64,000 nucleotides of DNA from Octopus bimaculoides (lineage: Eukaryota): positions 32,613,417 to 32,677,416 of the forward strand of contig NC_068983.1 in NCBI RefSeq assembly GCF_001194135.2, written 5' to 3'. Of this stretch, positions 45,664 to 59,932 are shown piece by piece; within the stretch, counting starts at the first letter, position 1; the number at the start of each line of letters is the position of its first letter. The notes under the pieces were generated by a model. The model was given only the letters and a program-made list of their open reading frames with translations. It was not told where the DNA came from and made no database searches. The translations under genes were made by a program, and so were the position numbers.

Positions 45664-48409
45664 CCCCCCACATACACACCATTGAATATGCGTATGTGTG
45701 CATGCACTCACGTAGATACATATAACTATATAAAATAACATGCTCGCATACGCTCATTCATTTTGCTAGACATCAGTCTCCGCCCGCATTGAATTCATCA
45801 GTGCTGTCATCCAGGAGTGTTCAAACTGACTCGAGTTCCACATGCTCTTGCATGTGTTGAGCACACATATATGGTGGTTGTTTTGCCAGCATGGACCAGC
45901 TTTCGTCTGTTCCTTTCTTGTAGTCAATGTACGGTATTGACTACAATTGAGCACTGGCTATCACAATCTTTCTGTTAGTTTTCCTCCACTGGATACAGAG
46001 TATATTTCACTGTTTGATAATGACCTCTGTTTAGCTTTTTTTTTTTACTTCTCTAATGTCTGTGCCTAGTTTTTTTCTCTGCAGGAAATACTGCCTTAGG
46101 TAGTTCGATCTCGGATATGCACGCAGCGTCTTAGTTATGCTTTAGTTACCAAGCATTCAATGCCAGCAAACTTTGTTTGCAGGAGAACGTGATCGTTGGT
46201 CAGCTATTCAAATTATAAATTTCTCCTGTATACGTGTCATAGTCGTTATAGGTAGAAGGTTTCCAGTTGCGCTTTTTGTCTCCCCCATAAAGTCTAGCTT
46301 TCACAGTAACAAACGAGAGAAGATACAAGCATTGCTTCGTACACATCACATTTGATTTGACGGACATATTCTTATTGTTGTAGATGAACTTTCGTAGATT
46401 CAAATTGACCTTGTTCAAAATTTGTTTGCATAAAAAATTTTCTTAGTATGACTGCGAATTATGAGTTAATTTACATATCATTATGATAAATTTGGGGCTT
46501 GTGCCTACAGTAAAAAATATATCATTCTGATGAATATTTCATGATCTTTATTACGTTCACTTGTTCTTTAGAAATGGTTCACTTTGTATATAACCCGTTA
46601 GTATATATTCGACTTTCTTCAGTTATTTATTGCACTATATCACTTACTAATCTTTTACAATCTCTGAAATGAGTATATGGAAACAACGACGTTGTTCACA
46701 GACTTAACAAGGATAGTCAACTTTGGATTTCTATATTCCTATATTTTGATTTCGGGTTTCTCTCCGGTTTTGGAAATATACATATACATACACAAACGCA
46801 TGCGCACACACAAACGCACACACACGCACACATGTGTTGAAGTAACGTCAATGATTCACTTTATAGTTATTCATATTTTCACACAAGGCAATCAAATCGG
46901 CTATGACAGACAAAATAAATAAATGAATCCTACCATCATACTTGACGATAATAAGACCACTATAACAACTGATGACAATACACGAGAAAATTAATTATAC
47001 TGGACTCACACAACGCATACACATTATCTTCATGAAGATTGTATCGATTAATCCTTTGTTCAATCTATAGGTGGACATGAACTAAAAACTTTATGACTCT
47101 TAACACTTAATGATTGTTAAGAAGATGACTGTTCTATTCGTCGTGCAGTTTTATCACATTTTACATAGATATTACACATTAACTCACTAATCTAGCGACG
47201 GTTATATTTGCGTATTTCAACAGGTCAGTATTGCTCAGTAACTGGACGTGAAATCGCAGACTTCCGACTTGAAGGCTAACACTTTATCTATCGAGTGATT
47301 CCTTTGTGATCTTAATAAATATTACTATAGTGATTATGTTATTTTTGAGACCCCCATCCAGTAAGATAAAGAAACGAAAAATCTAATAATTCTACAGGAA
47401 ATTCGAACAATATTTAATTGATGATGTTTGAATTCTATGAAAGGAAGTAGCAATTTTATCGATTACTGACGAATATAAAGTGCAGTAAATAATTAGTAAC
47501 AACAATAACATCAACAACAAATTATCATTATATTCAAAAATAAAGGGAAAAAGTCATCTATCAAATGTATAATCTATACTTTAGCTTTTTCAGGAGAGTA
47601 AATTATTGAAAGGAAATTTGAATCATTATAATTATTTAAAAATTACTGTATTAATTGTTGAAGCACAAAATTAGTGCGCTTTTCATATTTATTTTCCGTT
47701 TTCAGAAAAAAAAGAAAGAAACTGGCTTTCTCATGAAAGTAGGGCACAACTCATTGAATTAATCGCAATATGTATGTATGACTACATATGTATGTAAATA
47801 TGTATGTGTGTGTGTATATATGCTATTTGCTTGGTACTTTAAATTCATCCGAACGAACTACAATTAAATAACGAAAAACATAAAATTGTAAACAGATGTA
47901 AGCACAATACTTAAATTGTATTATTCAAAGACAACCTGATTTCCATATATTCATATACACACACATACACACTCACATACACATACACACACAAATATAC
48001 ATGTTGTGTTAATGAATATATATATATATANNNNNNNNNNNNNNNNNNNNNNNNNNNNNNNNNNNNNNNNNNNNNNNNNNNNNNNNNNNNNNNNNNNNNN
48101 NNNNNNNNNNNNNNNNNNNNNNNNNNNNNNNNNNNNNNNNNNNNNNNNNNNNNNNNNNNNNNNNNNNNNNNNNNNNNNNNNNNNNNNNNNNNNNNNNNNN
48201 NNNNNNNNNNNNNNNNNNNNNNNNNNNNNNNNNNNNNNNNNNNNNNNNNNNNNNNNNNNNNNNNNNNNNNNNNNNNNNNNNNNNNNNNNNNNNNNNNNNN
48301 NNNNNNNNNNNNNNNNNNNNNNNNNNNNNNNNNNNNNNNNNNNNNNNNNNNNNNNNNNNNNNNNNNNNNNNNNNNNNNNNNNNNNNNNNNNNNNNNNNNN
48401 NNNNNNNNN

Positions 48410-48452
<43 letters not shown>

Positions 48453-49102
48453 GGGGGAGGGAAGCAATTATGCAGATAAAAAAGTTAGATACATTAAATA
48501 TATTAAATAAAATAGCTTAGGTATGAAATACACAATATGTATACATGCAAACCGAGAGGGATAAAAAGGTGGAGACTTTCAAATGATGAATTCTTAAGTA
48601 TAGATATATATATATTCATATTAAATAGGTCCAACTTACGCAGAGTACAAACGACATAGAAAATTAATGAGGTGGAACAAAGGTGTTATATGTCGACCAG
48701 CTGTTTCTGGAGGTTCAGAAATCCATAGTACTGTTGGTAGATGTGGATCATCAAAATATGTGACAGAAATGGATTCATTCAACATTGGATATGACAAGGC
48801 TCCATATATATTGTACGCACACACAAAAAACACACATACATGGCTACACCAACGCACCACAACGCACCAACACGCATCTCTTCTCTCTCTCTCACGCACA
48901 CACACACGCACATATGCGCACGCATGCATACACATGCACTACATATGCCTCATTTAATTATATACATTTTTGCGTCGTAACTCCTTTATTATTATTAATA
49001 TAACCAAAAAGATCGATTTTTGAAGTGTCTATCGTTTTTTTCTGCTACTTTGGTGATGATTTTTTTGAGTTAGCTTACCAATTATTTTTGTTGGTAGTTA
49101 AT

Positions 49103-49163
<61 letters not shown>

Positions 49164-49699
49164 GTGTATTTCTTCTATCTTAATGAATAAAAATTCTTCT
49201 GATAGAATAAATGGGTTAATAGAAACCAATGTAGCAAAGAACACAAAATAACTGTGGTTAGCTCCTGTTTTTAAGGCAGGAACTCCTTGAAATGTTGGGT
49301 ATTTGAGTATATTTAAGAATTTAAGGATTGGAGAAAACGCATGTTATAATTGCATACTTTATTCCTACATATGTTTCAAAGGATTACAACCTGTGTGATC
49401 CATAGGGATCTTTGATATTAAAATTGTAACCTTCTCATCAGGCAGAGTCCAATTCTCTAACGGTTTTTTTCAAATGAATCAAGTCATAACCTTATCCATC
49501 TATTGTTTTCATAATCGGTCATAATGCCTTACGTTTAAGATGATTCCCATGCTTTCCCATAACAAAACGTACTGATACAATACAATATTCCCCCCCGCCA
49601 AAAAAATGCAACACACACCAACTTCACCAACACAAAGGTGCAACAAATGATGCAATAGAAATTTGCTAGAAATTTTCAGATGCTGAGAAATAATACTGG

Positions 49700-50460
49700 T
49701 GATGACGATGTTGACGAACGTTACCTTACCTCAGTTTGTGAGAGACAGGAGTTTCCGAAAAGCTGGTTGTAATAGCGAAAATAAAGCTACACCTTTAAGG
49801 AAAGGCCTCTCGCTCGGCAGTGGATCAGTAAAGATACAGACTGACCCCCAGCTGTCATCTTAATACAGCATCAGTAGATGATAGAGCAAGGAGTAGGAAG
49901 TGGACTAGCGAAGAAAACAGGATAGTGATACATTGCTACTTAGAAAGTGAACCTAAAATAAGGGGCTAGAGAAAACGGATGTTAACACTTTGGGTAGAGA
50001 AGGGTATGTTTAAAGTGACTAAGCAGAGATTAGTTGATCAAGCTAATGCTATTAGGAGAAGAAAGTGGATGGCAAAATTGGAGGAAGAAGAGATCACAAG
50101 AGAACTGGAAAAGAAAGACCAGACAGTGGGAAAGATAAAGAGTAACAAGGGATAAATCTCAAACCAAAGAAGAACCTGAGGAAAACAAATAATAATAGCG
50201 ATACCATTAAGGAAGAGACAACTGGCACCAACGACTTAAGTGGTTCAAGCGAGGAAGATCAAAAGATTTTAGATGGGTTGCAGGAAGTAATGAGTAAACA
50301 AGATTGCCAGCATTAAAATACATTAACAAAAGGAAGCTGTTACATATGACTAGGAAAGTAGATTCTGTAATCAGTAGGATAGATACTAGAAATATAGAAG
50401 ACACCAACTTATTGATCTGTGCAGGAGGCGTAGTAGTCACCAGAAGATTAGATATCTCAC
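49700..50460 (+). mobile_element. R4/Dong-type LINE, N-terminal ORF remnant
   Basis: RKWTSEENRIVIHCYLESEP..RKRMLTLW..KQRLVDQANAIRRRKW and LPALKYINKRKL..IDTRNIEDTNLLICAGGVVVTRRL, resembling the N-terminus of this clade and paralleling 57340-57560. Confidence 0.65.
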
Positions 50461-50479
50461 AGGGAAAGATTTAAAAAGA

Positions 50480-50790
50480 GCAAATGTGCAAAAACTGCTT
50501 TCAGCTGACCAGAAAGACACTCGGGTTTCAGTTGCACAAGATCTCTTTGATTGTGCCGAGAACGATGAAAAGTTTTTGAAAACTTTGTGTAGGCCTCTGA
50601 GCAGATATCGCCCAGCTTTTGGCAAAATTTGATGCGGATTCTCTACTTAGCTTTCTATGTCATGGTCAACGAGACCATCACACGCTACACACCTTCTTTC
50701 CAAACACTGCTGTAAAAGTGGAAGTGAGCTAGAACATTAAAACTTAGTGCGCATGCACAGCAGAATTCAAGGTCAATCTGAACCAAGCGG
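50480..50790. mobile_element. Rearranged mariner remnant (internal piece on plus strand, 5' end on minus strand)
   Basis: Plus: QKLLSADQKDTRVSVAQDLFDCAENDEKFLKTL (follows the WVP/FVP motif). Minus: MT*KAK*RIRIKFCQKLGDICSEAY (mariner N-terminus). Confidence 0.75.
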
Positions 50791-51800
50791 CTTCACTATC
50801 AATGCTTTAGCTTCGTTTCTATAGAAACAGTCCGGATACTTATAGATTAGACCACGTAATACTAAAAAAAAAAATTGCAGATTCCTGTTTTATTATAAAA
50901 ATTTTGTTACGTAGACACAAGTCTTTAAATTTTTGAAGAGAGAAAGTCAATTATACCGAACCTTGCAATTGTTTCGTACCTCATTTTATTGCCTTGGATT
51001 GTTAAAAAGAACGTAAGCGTCATCCGTGTTGGAATTCAAATGCAATAAGATGTAGCCTAGCGCAAAATAATTTGTCCAATAATCTATCGTATCTGTAAGT
51101 CTACCACTTTACCCCCTAGTAATGATTTCCAGCTATGGCATGAGATTTTAACTTTGGGGATGGGTTAATTATAGTGATCCCCTTAACTGATTGCATGAAA
51201 AAAAAATGTTGACCTCGTAGCGTAGAGAGACAGAACAAATAATGTAAAACATTTTGTACGACGCTCTAACGATTCAACCAATCACCGCCCTTTTAGAAAT
51301 CATTGAAGAAGATACAAAACAAACATTCCGAGTTTTCACTACTTTATCGCTTAAAGCAATTATGTCAAGTAAAAATGATGGGGAAAAAAGCTTGCAATTT
51401 GTTTTCATTTCAACGTGGAATTTATTAAAACATGAATAACAGAAATTACCAGAACTAAAATATGAAGCATAACAAATACTAAAAATAGAAAAAGCCATTT
51501 TTTTTTTAGCAATATGAAAAATTATGAAATGATTGAATATTAATTTATTTTTATTCAGTTTTTGCTTGATAATGTTTGTATAATGACAAAGATATAGAAG
51601 AAAGTGAGAGGAGAGAAAGACGGGAGAGACAGAGATTGAAATAGATAGAGGGAGAGAGAGAGGAGTGGGGAGAGAGAACATGAGTTTCTGAATGTGAATA
51701 AGAATGAGAACACAAATACTTCCAGACAAAGATGCCAATTGTTAGTTGCCATAATGCTGAACATCATTTGCTGCAACAGTATGTTTTGTCTTTATGTATA

Positions 51801-51948
51801 GGCGCAGCGTGGCCGTGTGGTAAGAAGCTTGATTCCCAACCACATGGTTCCGGGTTCAATCCCACTGCGTGGCGGCCTGAGGCCGACCAAAGCCTTTTGA
51901 GTGGATTTGGTAGACGGAAACTCAAAGAAGCTTGTCGTATATATATAG

Positions 51949-51992
<44 letters not shown>

Positions 51993-51993
51993 A

Positions 51994-52033
<40 letters not shown>

Positions 52034-52150
52034 TGTTTATGTGTATGTGTATGTGTGTGTGTATGTGTGTGTGTATGTGTCCGTGTATATACCCTTACCA
52101 TCGATTGACAGCCGATGTTGGTGTGCTTACGTCCTCGTAACTTAGCGGTG
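51801..52150 (+). mobile_element. SINE family B
   Basis: GGCGCAGCGTGGCCGTGTGGTAAGAAGCTTG..GGGTTCAATCCCACTGCG head; internal (TA)n(TG)n. Confidence 0.85.
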
Positions 52151-53156
52151 AGACCTTTTCCTAGTCATTCAGTACCTGATCGGCTACTTCAGCTGTACCC
52201 TAATTACTGAATGGAAATAGCTTCAAGAGTTATTATCTGGCGTTATCTCATTGCTTTGGTGCACATGACCTGGTTGCCAAATTATAATTAGAACTAGTTT
52301 CGCTTGCTTTTTGAAGCAAAATATAATCATAGTTTACAGCACGTCTGAAATTTCCAAGAAAGTTATCAACAAGAGGTTAGTAACCTTTGGATCATACCAT
52401 ATCTTCAGATATTGTCCCAACAGAGTTGAAGGAAACTTATTGAATCTCACAATATGAAAATATTTGGTGTTATATGTCGTGAAAATAATTTCTATTCTTT
52501 CTAAATGACAGGGTAAAATTACAGTTATTATAATGAAGTTGACGACGAAAGAGAGGAAGAGCAAAATCTTTGAAAATGAGAGAACGTTGACCACGCCAAG
52601 AAGGAAAGTAAGCTTGAGAAACAAAATGTGAGAAGAAGTAGTGACTATGTTGCTGTGGAAAATGACTGGAACTGTCAAACGAGCCGAATAGATGGTCAAT
52701 GACTTACGAATATTAAGCGTCTACCATTGTTTTCTCAGAATGATTAATGCCAAATCAAAATAATCATATAACATTCACAACTGTACTGAAATATTTATTA
52801 CGACATTATAGATAGTATTCAGTGTTTGGCACAGACTAAAAGCAGTCGAGCTGTATAATGTCTGAGAAAATCAATGCAAAGATGATTTCAAATTTAATGA
52901 TTGCTTTCGTTACAAGATGGTGACCATGAGGATGTTGGTATCTTGTGTGCATCTCAGTTGCAGTACACAGATACATACAGACACATAGCTCCCGCTCATA
53001 TATATATATATATATATATATGTGTATATATATATNNNNNNNNNNNNNNNNNNNNNNNNNNNNNNNNNNNNNNNNNNNNNNNNNNNNNNNNNNNNNNNNN
53101 NNNNNNNNNNNNNNNNNNNNNNNNNNNNNNNNNNNNNNNNNNNNNNCACACACGCA

Positions 53157-53222
<66 letters not shown>

Positions 53223-53539
53223 TATATATATATATGTATGTGTGTGTGTATGTGTAAGAGAGAGAGAGAGAGAGAGTGTGTGTGTGTGTATACACATGTG
53301 TATATACATACAAACACACTCACAAACTTACACACACACATATATACACGGGTAAACAGATAAATGCAAAAAAGGGGGAAAATACTAGTACTCTAATATC
53401 GAAAGCAGAGCAATATGCTTTTATTAAACTATATTAAATTAAAGCGTATTACTCTACTTTAATAAAAGTATCTATATGTATCCATCCATCCACCCATCCG
53501 TCCATCCGTCCATCCATTCATGCATACATACATATATAT

Positions 53540-53841
53540 TTTTGCACTGTTGGTACCGCTGGAGTGTCATCTAAAGTGGCATCCGTGTCAGCATGAATAT
53601 CCTTGAGGGCTAAACACTTTACCTGTGGGTACTTGAGAACAGCACAATTCCAAATCTTGTCCATTTCCAAGAGAAGTCGCTACTTGTTACTTTTGAAGTG
53701 TTCTTTGAACAGTTAGTTTACTCGGAAAGAAACAATGCAGTTATTGACAAGAAGCGTTGAAATTAAGGCATTCAAGATTTCACAGCTCAAGCATCACTCC
53801 TTCACAGCCAGCCCATGAACTTTTCAGGCCCCACATCGAAG
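53540..53841 (-). mobile_element. Mariner 5' end (TIR-like terminus and transposase N-terminus)
   Basis: Terminus CTTCGATGTGGGGCCTGAAAAGTTCATGGGCTG, then MDKIWNCAVLKYPQ..LKDIHADTDATLDDTPAVPTVQK. Confidence 0.7.
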
Positions 53842-54608
53842 GTGTGCGGTCTACATATCAGATAGAAGGTATTGAAGCGAAATATTTAACGATAGATTAG
53901 CTCGATTGTGGATGACGGTGAGGTAAAAAAAACAGCAATAACATTAATATCAATGTACTAATTAATGATCAAAATTATATTTCACGAACACTAATACAAT
54001 ACAAATCATCACCAAATATAAATGAGGTTATTTTCTTTTCATATCATGGCTAAACGGGAAATGAGTATTTTAAAGTTAATGTATGGAATGTATGAAAAAT
54101 AGGTTTTTCAAAATACAAATATCCAGTATCAGATAAACTGATGATAGTCAAAATAAACGGCTGCACTTTATTCACCAAACCCCGCGAATAAAATGGAAGA
54201 ATCAAAAATGACTCGAGACAAATACGGTTCTCTACTACATTCATATTTTGCAGATATGCTCATTTTGCCCTAGTCCAAGAGAAACATAAGGTTATCAATA
54301 ATGTATATATAATATCTACAAAGAAAATAAACCAAGCCTAAAAGGAGCTAGTTAATTTAAAAAGACATTTTCAGGAATCACAAAATATATGCAATACTTA
54401 AAGGAAATAACGCATAAGGAATTTAAAAAAAAACAAGGAATTAAAGTCAAACAAAACACAAACAAATGAAAATGCAACAAAATATTATAGCTACATCTAT
54501 CCATATTGCATAGGTAGATCTTGTACCTACACATTCAAGCAAAATAATAAAACGGACGAAAACTAAAGCTAGCATGTATAAGCCAAAGCAATACGAACGA
54601 AAAAAACA

Positions 54609-54771
54609 GGCGTAGCCGTGGCTGTGTAGTAAGAAGCTTGCTTCCGAAGCACATAGTACTGGGTTCAGTCCCACTGCGGGACACATTGGATAAGTGATTT
54701 TTATTATAGCCTCGAACCAGCCAAAGTGCCGTGAGTGGATTTAGTAGACAGAAACTGAAAGAAGCCCGTCG

Positions 54772-54823
<52 letters not shown>

Positions 54824-55035
54824 CCTGTGTGTGTGTTTGTGTTTGTCCCCACTACCATCACTTGACAACTGGTGTTGGTGTGTTTACTTCCTCATAACTT
54901 AGCGGTTTTGCAAAAAGAGACAGATGCCATAAGTACTTGGCTTAAAAATAAGTCCTGGGGGCGATTCAGTTGTCTAAAAACCCTTCAATGAGGTGCCCCA
55001 GCATAGTCGCAGTCATATGACATACAAGTAAAAGA
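54609..55035 (+). mobile_element. SINE family B, full length
   Basis: Head, core, internal (CA)n/(TG)n and tail AGTAAAAGA match 19868-20248. Confidence 0.85.
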
Positions 55036-55528
55036 TAAATATTAAAGGAAACAATTTATGTAGCAACCATAGTAGTTACAATGTAAATTGTTACTCCCTC
55101 GAAACTATTCATATAGAACCTAAGTTAACAAAATAATACAATTATACGGAGCAAGATAGTGAAATAACAAAACAAAAATCTTAAATTAACAAAGAAGGGT
55201 GTAGTAAAGAAAATAGATATAAATACAACAGAAATACAAAAAGGAACTCAGGAAATAAAAAAATGCCGGAAACAAAAGACCCTTACTGAATTGCAAAGAA
55301 TTAATTGCACGAAACTGACAACGGCTTTTTGAGTAAAATAATTAGTTCAACTCCAATCCCAAATAATACTACCAAGAACTAGATTGACAGAAAACAGCAA
55401 TCAATGTAGTTCTAACATGAAGAGTTGTAAAATAACATGAATGCATAGAAAGGTCAGCAATACAGATCGCTACAGGCAAAAATGTTCAAGATAAGTGCAG
55501 AAACTAAATAATTGTGAGGTGTAAGGAC

Positions 55529-55636
<108 letters not shown>

Positions 55637-56039
55637 CACAAGATAATCAACTAGGAGCTACACGAAAGAGATAAAGTTCCAAAGTTCTGATTGAGCTGGC
55701 AAAGATATTTGATGAATGAAAGAGGCAAGGGGGAAAAAATCACTCAAATCGTAATCATATCAGTTATGAAAAACGCAGTTAAAAGAATGATTAGAAACAA
55801 ATACCACATTGATGTAGTATTAAAATATAATTACCCGAAATCAGAGAACTCCCGAAGCATTAAATTCTAGTTACATTACAAAGAATTTGTTAGTGTAAAA
55901 CGTATTCCGTATTTGTTAAACAAAAGAAGTAAACAAATCTCTTAATCAATTTTATTATTAACCAAACTAGAAATCAAAGGAACACCAACTTCAAGAGAAG
56001 TAACCGAATTATGAAGAGTACTGACTAAAAAGCCGTTTA

Positions 56040-56480
56040 TATTCGCGAAATGGGATATCATTGAAGGGTCTCTGGAGTAACGTTATTCGATAAGATGCAC
56101 AGTTTGGGAGTCAGGAGGCCTCTCCAGGTCGAGCCGCTGAATTACTACTCCGCATTAAAAGGTCACAGCTCCTGTACTACAGAAATGTGATTAAAACGTC
56201 ACAAGAAAGAATCGCAAGACGGATTCTTCAAGTCATGTGAAGCAGCTGGATACCTAAGGGTAGAACAAAACGGATATAGTTGGATAATATCCATGGTCTC
56301 TGTCGGCCGCACTTGGGAATCCAGCCAAAAAATCTAATGCCGGTTGCTTCTGATAGAAACTCACGGAAGGGATTCCTTAGGATTCTATACCCACGGCCTT
56401 CTCAGGAATAGTAGACGGAGAAGAAGGCTAGCTGGTTGGACTGTAAGGAATCTCTGGACTAAGATTGTTCAGTGCAACGA
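56040..56480 (+). mobile_element. RTE (Expander/REX3-like) LINE C-terminal remnant
   Basis: VRRPLQVEPL..LLRIKRSQLLYYRNVIKTSQERIARRILQ resembles the LRIERSQLRWFGHV..MPxER C-terminus of RTE elements. Confidence 0.5.
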
Positions 56481-56619
56481 ACAAGGTATACGAACATTCG
56501 TGAAATGTCTAATGAGAGAAAACAAACAACTTGAATGGACAACAACAAGAGTAGATTCAAAACGTATTTAATACTGAGCTCGGTACACAAAGTGCTGGAA
56601 GATGCCCCTCCTGATTTCT

Positions 56620-57615
56620 ACTGTCCGTAAATTTCTTCCGTATGCTGTCAGGTCTGTCCTCCAATTCGCCATAATTTTTCCAAGCAATCGCTCGAAATTC
56701 TATGCAATACCAACTAGGTTCATACATTCTATTATCCAAGAGTGTGGGATTATATCGTATGCCTTACGATAGTCGATCCATGACACGGCTCAGTTACTTT
56801 TCCTCCTCTTGCAGTCTCTAAGTACAGTTTTGTCTATCAGGAATTGATCCTTGGTACCTCTGCACTTACGCTTGAAACCTTTCTGTTCACGTGGCAGGGC
56901 TCCATTTTTTTACAGATGTTCGTACAGTGACACTACGAGTATTCCAGTCAATAATTTCCACATAAGTGGCAAACAGGATATCGGCCTGTAATTGTCTACC
57001 GTGTTGCCTTTTTCGATGTTTTTTAAGCACAACACTGTCCTACCCAATGTCAACCATTCTGGTATTACTTGGTCAGCAGTTAACAAGGTGTTGAGTTGCG
57101 CAGCTATTCGTGCATGACATTCACCAAATCTTTTGATCCAGTACTCTTGAACTCCCTCTGGTCCCGGGACCTTCCAGCAGCTCATTTCTTTGCTGATTTC
57201 CTTCACTTTCCTAACTGAAATGACTAGTTCTGCCTATTTTGGACAGACTACTGTTTGTTTCAGTTTTTGCAACCATTCAGCATCCTTCATGTGCTCCTTG
57301 TCTTTGCTCCAGATGTCACTCCAAAACCTTTAGCACACCATTTTCATGGTTGCTCAGATAGCAACACTCCATGACCACAGCATTAATTTGCTTGCTCCAT
57401 CTACGCCGTGTATGGTGGTCCCTTTCTGGATATCGCTAGCTGGAACCGAACCAGAATCTCTGAGCCTGACGGGTGCAACACTCTCACTATCAATGTCTCC
57501 AGTTTCATTACCACCGTTATTCACAACATTTTGTTCATTCATTTTCACTCATATGAGGTAGCGATTATCAGGTTGCGCAATTACCAATGTTTTTATTGTG
57601 ACACCATCGCTAATT

Positions 57616-57620
<5 letters not shown>
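56620..57620 (-). mobile_element. Internally deleted R4/Dong-type LINE (5' UTR and ORF start fused to RT domains 0-4)
   Basis: ORF start MNEQNVVNN..PASD..RRRWSKQINAVVMECCYLSN is joined to WKVPGPEGVQEYWIK..NYRPISCLPLMWKLLTGI..EQKGFKR..WIDYRKAYDIIPHSW..IRRGIFQ. (CAT)n lies at the 5' flank. Confidence 0.85.
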
Positions 57621-57647
<27 letters not shown>

Positions 57648-57669
57648 TATCATCATCATCAACATTATT

Positions 57670-58160
57670 ATTGAGTGAGAGAGCAGGGCATGCCATCAAA
57701 ATGACACTGGGGTAAAATATACGAAGCTTAGTATACCCATCATGACTACCCGTCTGATAAGGTTATATCAGGCTCATGTGTCACAACCATATGTGCGCGA
57801 TATAGTGGTATCATATCAAGATAAACAATGCATGACTTTGCAGGTGGGGTCCAGTTAGAATTTTCTTCAGGTCCAGTAGCCCATCCCGCTCAAAAGGCCC
57901 TTGATTAAAGGTTGTTTGAGGATGTCGAACGAAATACCGATGTTTCCAAAGGTGAATTATGCAAACCCCAAAGAATTCCTCTCAACACATGGCTATGTTA
58001 CTCCCCCACTAATTCTACTCGTGATCAGAGATGCACATATCATCAGCCACTAAGGGACATGGTCGACTGGTTAAGGTCAAACAACTGACAAGCAAATCTG
58101 TAGTATCGAGCAGAATATTTGCTGTAACTCATCTTTTATACCATGACAAAACAGGAATAC
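57670..58160. mobile_element. Probable interspersed non-coding repeat (~490 bp) flanked by (TAT)n
   Basis: GC content is higher than the flanks and triplet repeats bound both ends. Only one copy is in the window, so the class is unresolved. Confidence 0.3.
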
Positions 58161-59899
58161 CATCTTATTATTATTATTATTATTATTCGTTAGATAAAAC
58201 CAAATAAAGAAAAAGAGCTGCTGGTATTAACGATTATTCTGTCACATATATAATATTTAATTATGTCTTCATTGCCCTTGCTTTGTTTTTCCAGATATGA
58301 TCATACCGTAGGTTTCCTTTGAAATCCTCAACATCAAAGGAATTCAATTAAATCTTAACAATTTATTACATGATACTCATGTATACAAGCAAAGCGTAAT
58401 GTTGTCACCAAAGTTTTATTCAATCTAATTTAGCTCTATTGTTGTTACATTGTCTGTTCTTCAACATCTTTTGTTGCTAACTTACTGAGAAAGCCAAGCC
58501 TTGATATATAACCTTCGCTTTATTATGCAGTTGCTAACGCAGTTTGATTTTTAGATTTCACAAAGTATTCACTGCCCCCTGTAATTTTTAAATAGTATCG
58601 ATAGTGTTGTAATAGGTAAGTAAAGAAGAGCTCAATCTAAATGAATAAATTGACCAATTAGAAATGAATGATTTGCATTCTGTCTCTTAAGCTTAACATG
58701 AAGAGTATTAGCCCAGAAGTGACACAGTTTGATCAGTAATGAGTTATATCCTATAAAAGTAACCAATAGTAGACGATTAACCATAATGGCTGCTGAAAAG
58801 TGTCTTACTCAGTTACATAAGTTGAAGAATACTCACTTAAAATAACCGTCAACTCAATTGCTAGTTTTAACATTTTATTGATTGATTTTTCTCTTTGTGA
58901 GAAGTTTGTAGACAACATATTTATATCTCCTGATTTGTCCCAAGGCTCATCTTTCTCAGTAAAGCGAACAATCGATTAAATCAAACCCATTTCGCCCCAC
59001 TTACATCTGTATACCCACCGGAAAATAAGACGCTAAGTAAAAGACTAATCCGGAGGCGTTAAGCTAAGAACTTGAAAAGTCGCAATTATATATTCTAAGA
59101 CTTTGACGTTTTGCTTGGTGCTCTTTTACTTCGGTTAACACAGCAACACGTTATCAAATGTCATCTACACCTTTAAATTAATATATTCTATTAAACCAAT
59201 AACAATCTTTGAAAGCCATTTTAAAGATTACGAATCTGAACCAATAAATATATATAAGAAATGGCTAACATAATACTTTTTCGGCTAATTCACTTTATGT
59301 CAAATGTGTGAATTTACCATATTTATACTTATATTATTCTTTGATAGATTCAATATGCTGTCATCGTCTTATGACTTACTACTCCATAATATGTAAGTTG
59401 TTCCTGACTAGATTCATAACTATTAATCTTTATGTCTAAAATGAGGCTCTTTACCTATTAAATAAGCTTTTATCAAATAAACCACTGAGCCAAGAAAATG
59501 TATATACTTCGATCGAGTCCGAATTTATTGTAGAGTAGTGGAAATGTATAAAAAGTTTCCCGCTTTGGGTGGGCATGGAATATATTAATTCTTTTTACTT
59601 AAACTAAATGGCATCATTTACTGCTGTTTTATGTTACACTTGTATATATCTTATGCGTGTTATGATATATGCATATATAACATACACCATAAACATACAC
59701 CACATATAACATACACACATAAACATACACCACCGCTCCACAAGATGTTACCTGTAAGCGAGTATTTTTGGTAAAATTCTCTATTTCATCTTGAAAAATT
59801 CTTTTTTTCTCCGGGGCAAGTTTTAAACAAATGATTGCATGTGCTCTAATGAAAAATAATTGTAACACCAATAACAACATCAATAACAACAACAGCAGT

Positions 59900-59932
<33 letters not shown>

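Noticed and set aside
45770-45960. YIDYKK-like RT motif on the minus strand
   Set aside because: It may be an R4 RT scrap, but the match is too short and frameshifted to call.
48636-48830. Possible minus-strand exon ending at a GTAAGT donor
   Set aside because: No clear acceptor or polypyrimidine tract and no recognisable peptide; a single 6-mer match is expected by chance.
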